64,000 nucleotides of DNA from NCBI GenBank assembly GCA_043228905.1, contig JBHGNT010000021.1:11160001-11224000 (forward strand). The letters are read 5' to 3'. Each line of letters starts with the position of its first letter. Position 1 is the first letter of the stretch. This DNA comes from Azolla caroliniana. Taxonomy: Eukaryota; Plantae; Polypodiophyta. Under the pieces are notes generated by a model. The model saw only the letters and a list, made by a program, of their open reading frames with translations, did not search any database and was not told the DNA's origin. The position numbers were made by a program, and so were the translations under genes. Positions 59,297 through 64,000 of this stretch are shown here, piece after piece.

Positions 59297-62200
59297 GCGG
59301 AAAACCGAGCGAAGCAAGCAAACCCGCGATGTGCAACGTTGCACATCAACATGTTGTAATTCTATTTATCGATAGTGATAAGTATGGTGCTAGAAATGCA
59401 CCTTAGGATTTGTAAAGTGTAAACGTGATGTGCTTTGCGTGCACATCCACGTGAGAGAGAGAGATAGGTACATAGTAGTTTGTGTAGAGGTGGGAGTTAA
59501 GACCCATCCTTCCCACCTCCCCTAAAATCAAGGGAAATATCCCCATTGATGGAAAGGGGATATTTTGTGGCACCCTTTTTGTAAACGGTCTTCTCTCCTT
59601 GTGCTATAAAAGGAGAGGAAGAGCACCATTGTGGGGGTTGCCTTATTTTTGAGTGTGAGTGAGGTATACCATTTCGTTTTAGGGTTAGGGTTTCGTTTAG
59701 GGTTCCTTAGTTAGGGTTTCTTGTGTCGTTTGGTGCGGCCTACGCGGCCGCCATTTTGTAATCGGTTTCGGTTCTAATATATCTTGTTGAGCATTTGACC
59801 TCCATCTTCCTCTTGTTCATTCTTTCTCTTCTTGTGCTAAGCTCCATTCCGAAGTCCTATTCCCTCTCCCCTTCTCCTTAGTCCAAGACCCCCGTGGTTC
59901 CGCCCTTCTCCACGCACGCGCGTAACAACGCGACAACGCAATGGAGGCATTTTCTAGAGGGGTCTTCTCATCAAGTCATCGTATTTAGTGATCACAAAAA
60001 CCTGGCATATTTTAAGAATGCTCGTGTGTTAAATCGACGTCAAGCTCGGTGGGCCCAATTCCTCACTTGTTTCGACTTCAAAATTACATATCGTCCAGGG
60101 AAGCAACAAGGGAAGGCAGATGCATTATCATGGCGCTCGTATCTAGCACTACGTCCCAGTGAGCCAACTTTTGATAACCAAAAGCAAGTAATCCAAGGAC
60201 CGACTTTTGTTCAGACTTGTGATACATGTTGCAGAGCAAATATGCCAAGGCATCATCCATATGGTTTATTAGAACCATTACCGATTCCAAGCAAGCCATG
60301 TCAATCCATTGCCCTAGATTTCATCATAGATCTTCCGGTCTCTAAGGGATTTGAGGTGATCTTAACAGTAGTAGATCGATATATGAAGATGGCCCATTTC
60401 CTGCAATGTACTAAGGAAATCTCCAGTGAAGAAACTGCTGAAATTGTCCTGCGTGAAGTATGTCGGCATCATAGCCTTCCCGATAGTATCATCAGTGACC
60501 GTGGACCCCAGTTCGTCTCAAAGTTTTGGAAGCACCTCTTTAAAATTCTTAATGTTACTTGTAACCTCTCCTCAGGCTACCACCTACAAACAGACGGCCA
60601 AGCAAAACGAACAAATCAAATGTTGGAGCAGTATCTTCGGTACTTTTTAAGCTATTATCAAGATGACTCAGAGGATATTCTCGACTTCGCCAAATTTGCA
60701 TATAATAACTTTGTCCACTCATCAACAAAGGTGACACCATTTTATGCTTCCACTGGTTGTCACCCCCAGTGGTGTGTATTTGAAACCCCAGAGTTACCTA
60801 CAAATCCTTGTGCAGATGATTGTTTGGAGCGGCTACGTAAGATGCAAGCGCATTTATTTACTCATCTACAACAAGCTCAACAAACACAAAAGGTTTACAT
60901 AGATCTTTATCGACTTCCATCCAGTTTTGACAATGGAGATCGGGTGTGGCTACTAGAATGACCAACCAGGACTACTCGCCCATGCGAGAAGTTGGATTAT
61001 CGGCAATTAGGTCCTTTCCGTATTATCCGAAAGATTAATGATGTTGCTTTTCGTCTCAATCTACCTCCATAGCTACGGATACATCCCGTGTTCCATAGTT
61101 CTCTCCTAGAACCCTATCAGGACAGCACCATCCCAGGTCGTATTAAACCACCTCCACCCCCGATCGAACTTGAAGATGGACCTGAGTACAAGGTTGCCAC
61201 CATCCTCGTTTCCAAGCTAGTTCGCAACAAGCTCTACTATTTAGTTGATTGGCTAGGATATAATCCCAACGAGCGTACTTGGGAACCGATAGAGAATGTG
61301 ACCAATGCTTGTGCTCTTCTTGAAGTCTTCCATTGTCAATATCCAGAGAAACTGGGTCCTCAATCCAAAACTACTTGTGACACTCGTCATTTTAAAGGGG
61401 AGATAGTGTCATGATATTGCAAGACTCGAACCCATGACCTTATGTTACAAGGGTCGAGCTCTAGTACCATCAGGCTATGTATTGTAATACGAAAGATATT
61501 ATTTTCTATTAAGTTTTACTATAGAAGTTTGATGTATATTCCAGATTTCTCTGGAACATTCTAGAAACTTCAGGAGTACTCCTGAGAACACTATAAAAGG
61601 CATTATTTCAAACCAAATCGGTTTAACGCCAGTCTTAAGCCTCCTAGCTACTATTGCCTTAACATAATATATCTTTTGTTATCCTCATTCTTTCTCTCTC
61701 GATCTCTCTCTCTCACTCAGTCTTTCCTTCCCTCGAGAGTTCTACACCTCCCTTAGTACTAATCCTTATCTTTTAGTACTAATTCCTTCTCTGTTTTAGT
61801 ATTGTTCCTAACAGTACTTCTCTGTCTTAGTACTGCTCCTGATAGCTGACGCCTGAAATACAACTCGTGTGAAGACACATTGTCTTCGATCCGGTTTTGG
61901 ATGTAGACGGCCATCCAGACCGACTCAGCCCAGTAGAATTGGGGCATGGTCTTCTCCTCCAATATTGCCCTTGCCACAACAATCAACCGGTTCTTCCTTT
62001 CGGGCACACCGTTTTGCTCTGGTGTGTATCTACAACTGAATTCTCTTTGAATTCGCTTTCGCCGTAGATAACTGATGAATTGGCTGGAAAAGTATTCTTT
62101 TCTGCCATCCGACCGCAAGCACTTTGTCTTCCTCTCCGTTTCCCGTTCAACTAAGTTTTGAAGGTTCTAGAAACATTCGAAGACTTCGCTCTTCCTCTCA

Positions 62201-63407
62201 ATGAGGTAAATCCATGTGTGTCGTCTTTAGTCGTCGATAAAGGAGACGAAGTATTGACTCTTGCCAAGACTAACGTTTTGTGTTGGTCCCCATAAATCCG
62301 AATGGATTAGATCAGGCTTGTTACGGCTCCGATTTCGTTTGGTGTGGAATGGAAGCCGGTGTTGCTTCCCGAGTTGGCAGGCTTCACAAATTTGGGCCTT
62401 CCGGCCACTGAATTTCGGCAAGCCGAACACAACCTATCTCGATTGCAGGTCATGAAGACTTGGGTAATTGATGTGGTGGATCAGCTTGTGCCAGAGATCG
62501 ATGTCTGATTCAATCTTTTGGCCTTTGGCAAACATGGTGGTGCCGACGTCATTAGTGTTGAGGATATACAACCTCCCTTCTCTGCGCCCTTGCGCAATTA
62601 TCCGGCCTTCTTGCTCGATGAAGCACTCGAGGTACGTAAACCGCACTTGCATCCTCTCGTCGATGATTTGTCCAACCGACACCAAGCTCTTTGTGATAGT
62701 TGGAATGTGTAGTACGTTCATCAGCTTCCCCTTTTGCCCGACATGGCTTAAAGGGACTTCTTCGACATGCACAATTGGGTGAGAGGTGTTGTCTTCGGTT
62801 TCAACAATCCCCGGTTTTTCCGATTTCTTAGTAAAAGAGAACCACTCTTCATGGCTCGTCATGTGGTTGGACACTCCGGAATCAACGTATCATACTTCCA
62901 CTGATTTGGAAGTAGTCTTCTTCATCAAGTTAGCCTTGTGCTTCATTTCAAAGACTGGCCTGGCCCTTTACCGGTTTTCCCGGTTTCGGATCCTTCTGAT
63001 CCTTTTGCATAGTGCGAGCTTTGCCGGTTTTCCCGACCGGCTTTGCAAGATCCGGATTTGTCCGAATCTGACTTTCGTGTCGTGGTACTAGCGGTGAAAA
63101 TCTTCCAGAGATTTTCCTAGGCCTCCTTTGGCGTTTTTGCATCTTTGATGTAGCTGAGCATGTAATCATGCACACCGGACACAAGGTAGTACAATACTCG
63201 GCTCTCTCTTTGCTCCCATGCCAGGAAGTCCTTGTGTGCCGGCTCTCAAGCTAGCTTGTTGGTTCCTTCCACATAGCTCCAATATCCATGCCCTAGCAAG
63301 TATTGACCAGGATGCATAGTTGCTCCGGTCAGGCTTTTCTATGGGAAGCGAACTTGCCATACCTCTATCCATTTCGGTTCTTTTGTCTATTGGTGCCAGG
63401 TATTAGG

Positions 63408-64000
63408 TGTTGAGCGGCAAGCTCAACCGGAGCCGGATCGGTTGAATAAGCCTGAGCCGGTAAGCGAGAGGAATCGGTATGCCGGTGAGCAACCGAGCCG
63501 GTAAGCAGTAAGGACCGGTAAGCAAGAGGAGCCGATATGCCGGATCCAATCCGTAACCGGAAGCCTAGTATAGGTTAGACTACTAGGCAGTTATAGTCTC
63601 GTAGTTAGTGTCAGATGCTCGTATGAGCATTGAAGTACACTGTACTTCTAACAGTCCCGTGTGGACTTGTATAAATAACGCTGATGAGCGCGTTGTAGAT
63701 ACAGAGCACAGAGTATTAATATAATCTTGAAAAATAGTGTGTTTTGCTCTCTCACTCTCTGTCTCTCTCGCGTACTCTCTCTCTCTCTCTGTGTATTGTT
63801 CTTTCCAACGCTTTCGCAAGAAATCTTTTACATGGTATCAGAGCGTGTGGGTTGAGAACCTCTGCTGCAGACATCTACGCTTGTGAAGGAAACCCTAACA
63901 GATCGGAAAACAAACACAAAAGGAGAAATGGACAGAGGTATGGCTACGTCATTCCCGGTGGAGAAGCTCAACAGAACCAACTATGCATCTTGGTCATACA
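63408..64000 (+). mobile_element. 5' end of another MDRG-gag Ty1/Copia (J), running out of the window
   Basis: LTR 63408-63832, PBS TGGTATCAGAGC 63833-63844, gag ATG at 63928 (MDRGMATSFPVEKLNRTNYASWSY). Confidence 0.92.

Larger units (their letters stand above)
54296..59935 (+). mobile_element. Young non-autonomous tRNA-Trp-primed LTR element (I) with a single long ORF and no pol
   Basis: 663-bp LTRs 54296-54958 and 59273-59935 (3 differences seen). 4-bp TSD ACGC (54292-54295, 59936-59939); removal restores host ESFTQWRHFLEG. PBS and PPT present. Confidence 0.96.
45325..61844 (+). mobile_element. Older decayed chromovirus (G), related to F, hosting elements H and I
   Basis: LTRs 45325-45763 and 61407-61844. 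PPT AAAGGGGAGATAG at 61394-61406. Gag ~45860-46898, protease/RT/RNase H 52424-54295, integrase and chromodomain 59940-61414. Degenerate TSD GCTTG/GCTGA. Confidence 0.92.
29691..63407 (-). mobile_element. Decayed Ty1/Copia (C) split into 61845-63407, 44241-45324, 30661-31861 and probable 3' LTR 29691-~29950
   Basis: Minus-strand pieces are collinear: gag MDRGMASSL (63372), protease and integrase (62874-61850), ELYF..|KPNLKNL across chromovirus G, then RT VYMIQPP..CR|SKMGFV across element D, RNase H KHIEVHYHF, 3' UTR and an LTR fragment. Confidence 0.72.

Noticed and set aside
59894-60961. 355-aa ORF as an independent gene
   Set aside because: It starts in the I LTR and continues into deleted RNase H/integrase remnants of chromovirus G.

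Overview
The window is a gene-free, deeply nested cluster of LTR retrotransposons from a eukaryote, most plausibly a non-seed land plant (inferred from the Tcn1/Tf1-like chromoviruses and a fungal/charophyte-like Gypsy RT). I found no host protein-coding gene, rRNA, functional tRNA or CRISPR array. About 14 insertions can be delimited by LTR pairs, PBS/PPT and target-site duplications (TSDs). They include one apparently intact young Ty1/Copia (4524-10049), a near-intact Copia (46899-52418), an Athila/Tat-like Gypsy with a large extra 3' ORF (14144-24316), two chromoviruses (36515-41340, 45325-61844) and several decayed Copia hosts nested up to about six levels deep. The main observations: (1) a young, tRNA-Trp-primed, 4-bp-TSD non-autonomous element (54296-59935) has a single intact 1431-aa ORF that fuses a Gag-like N-terminus to a long acidic repeat region, and it shares cis signals with the pol-bearing Gypsy at 1-4190; (2) a conserved 44-nt foldable non-purine motif sits where the polypurine tract should be in two elements with dissimilar LTRs; (3) tRNA-like A/B-box modules lie antisense inside the LTRs of three families; (4) both chromoviruses show Tf1-type self-priming, heat-shock-element arrays and a conserved -1 frameshift pseudoknot. 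Coordinates and mismatch counts were read by eye, and novelty cannot be confirmed without database searches.
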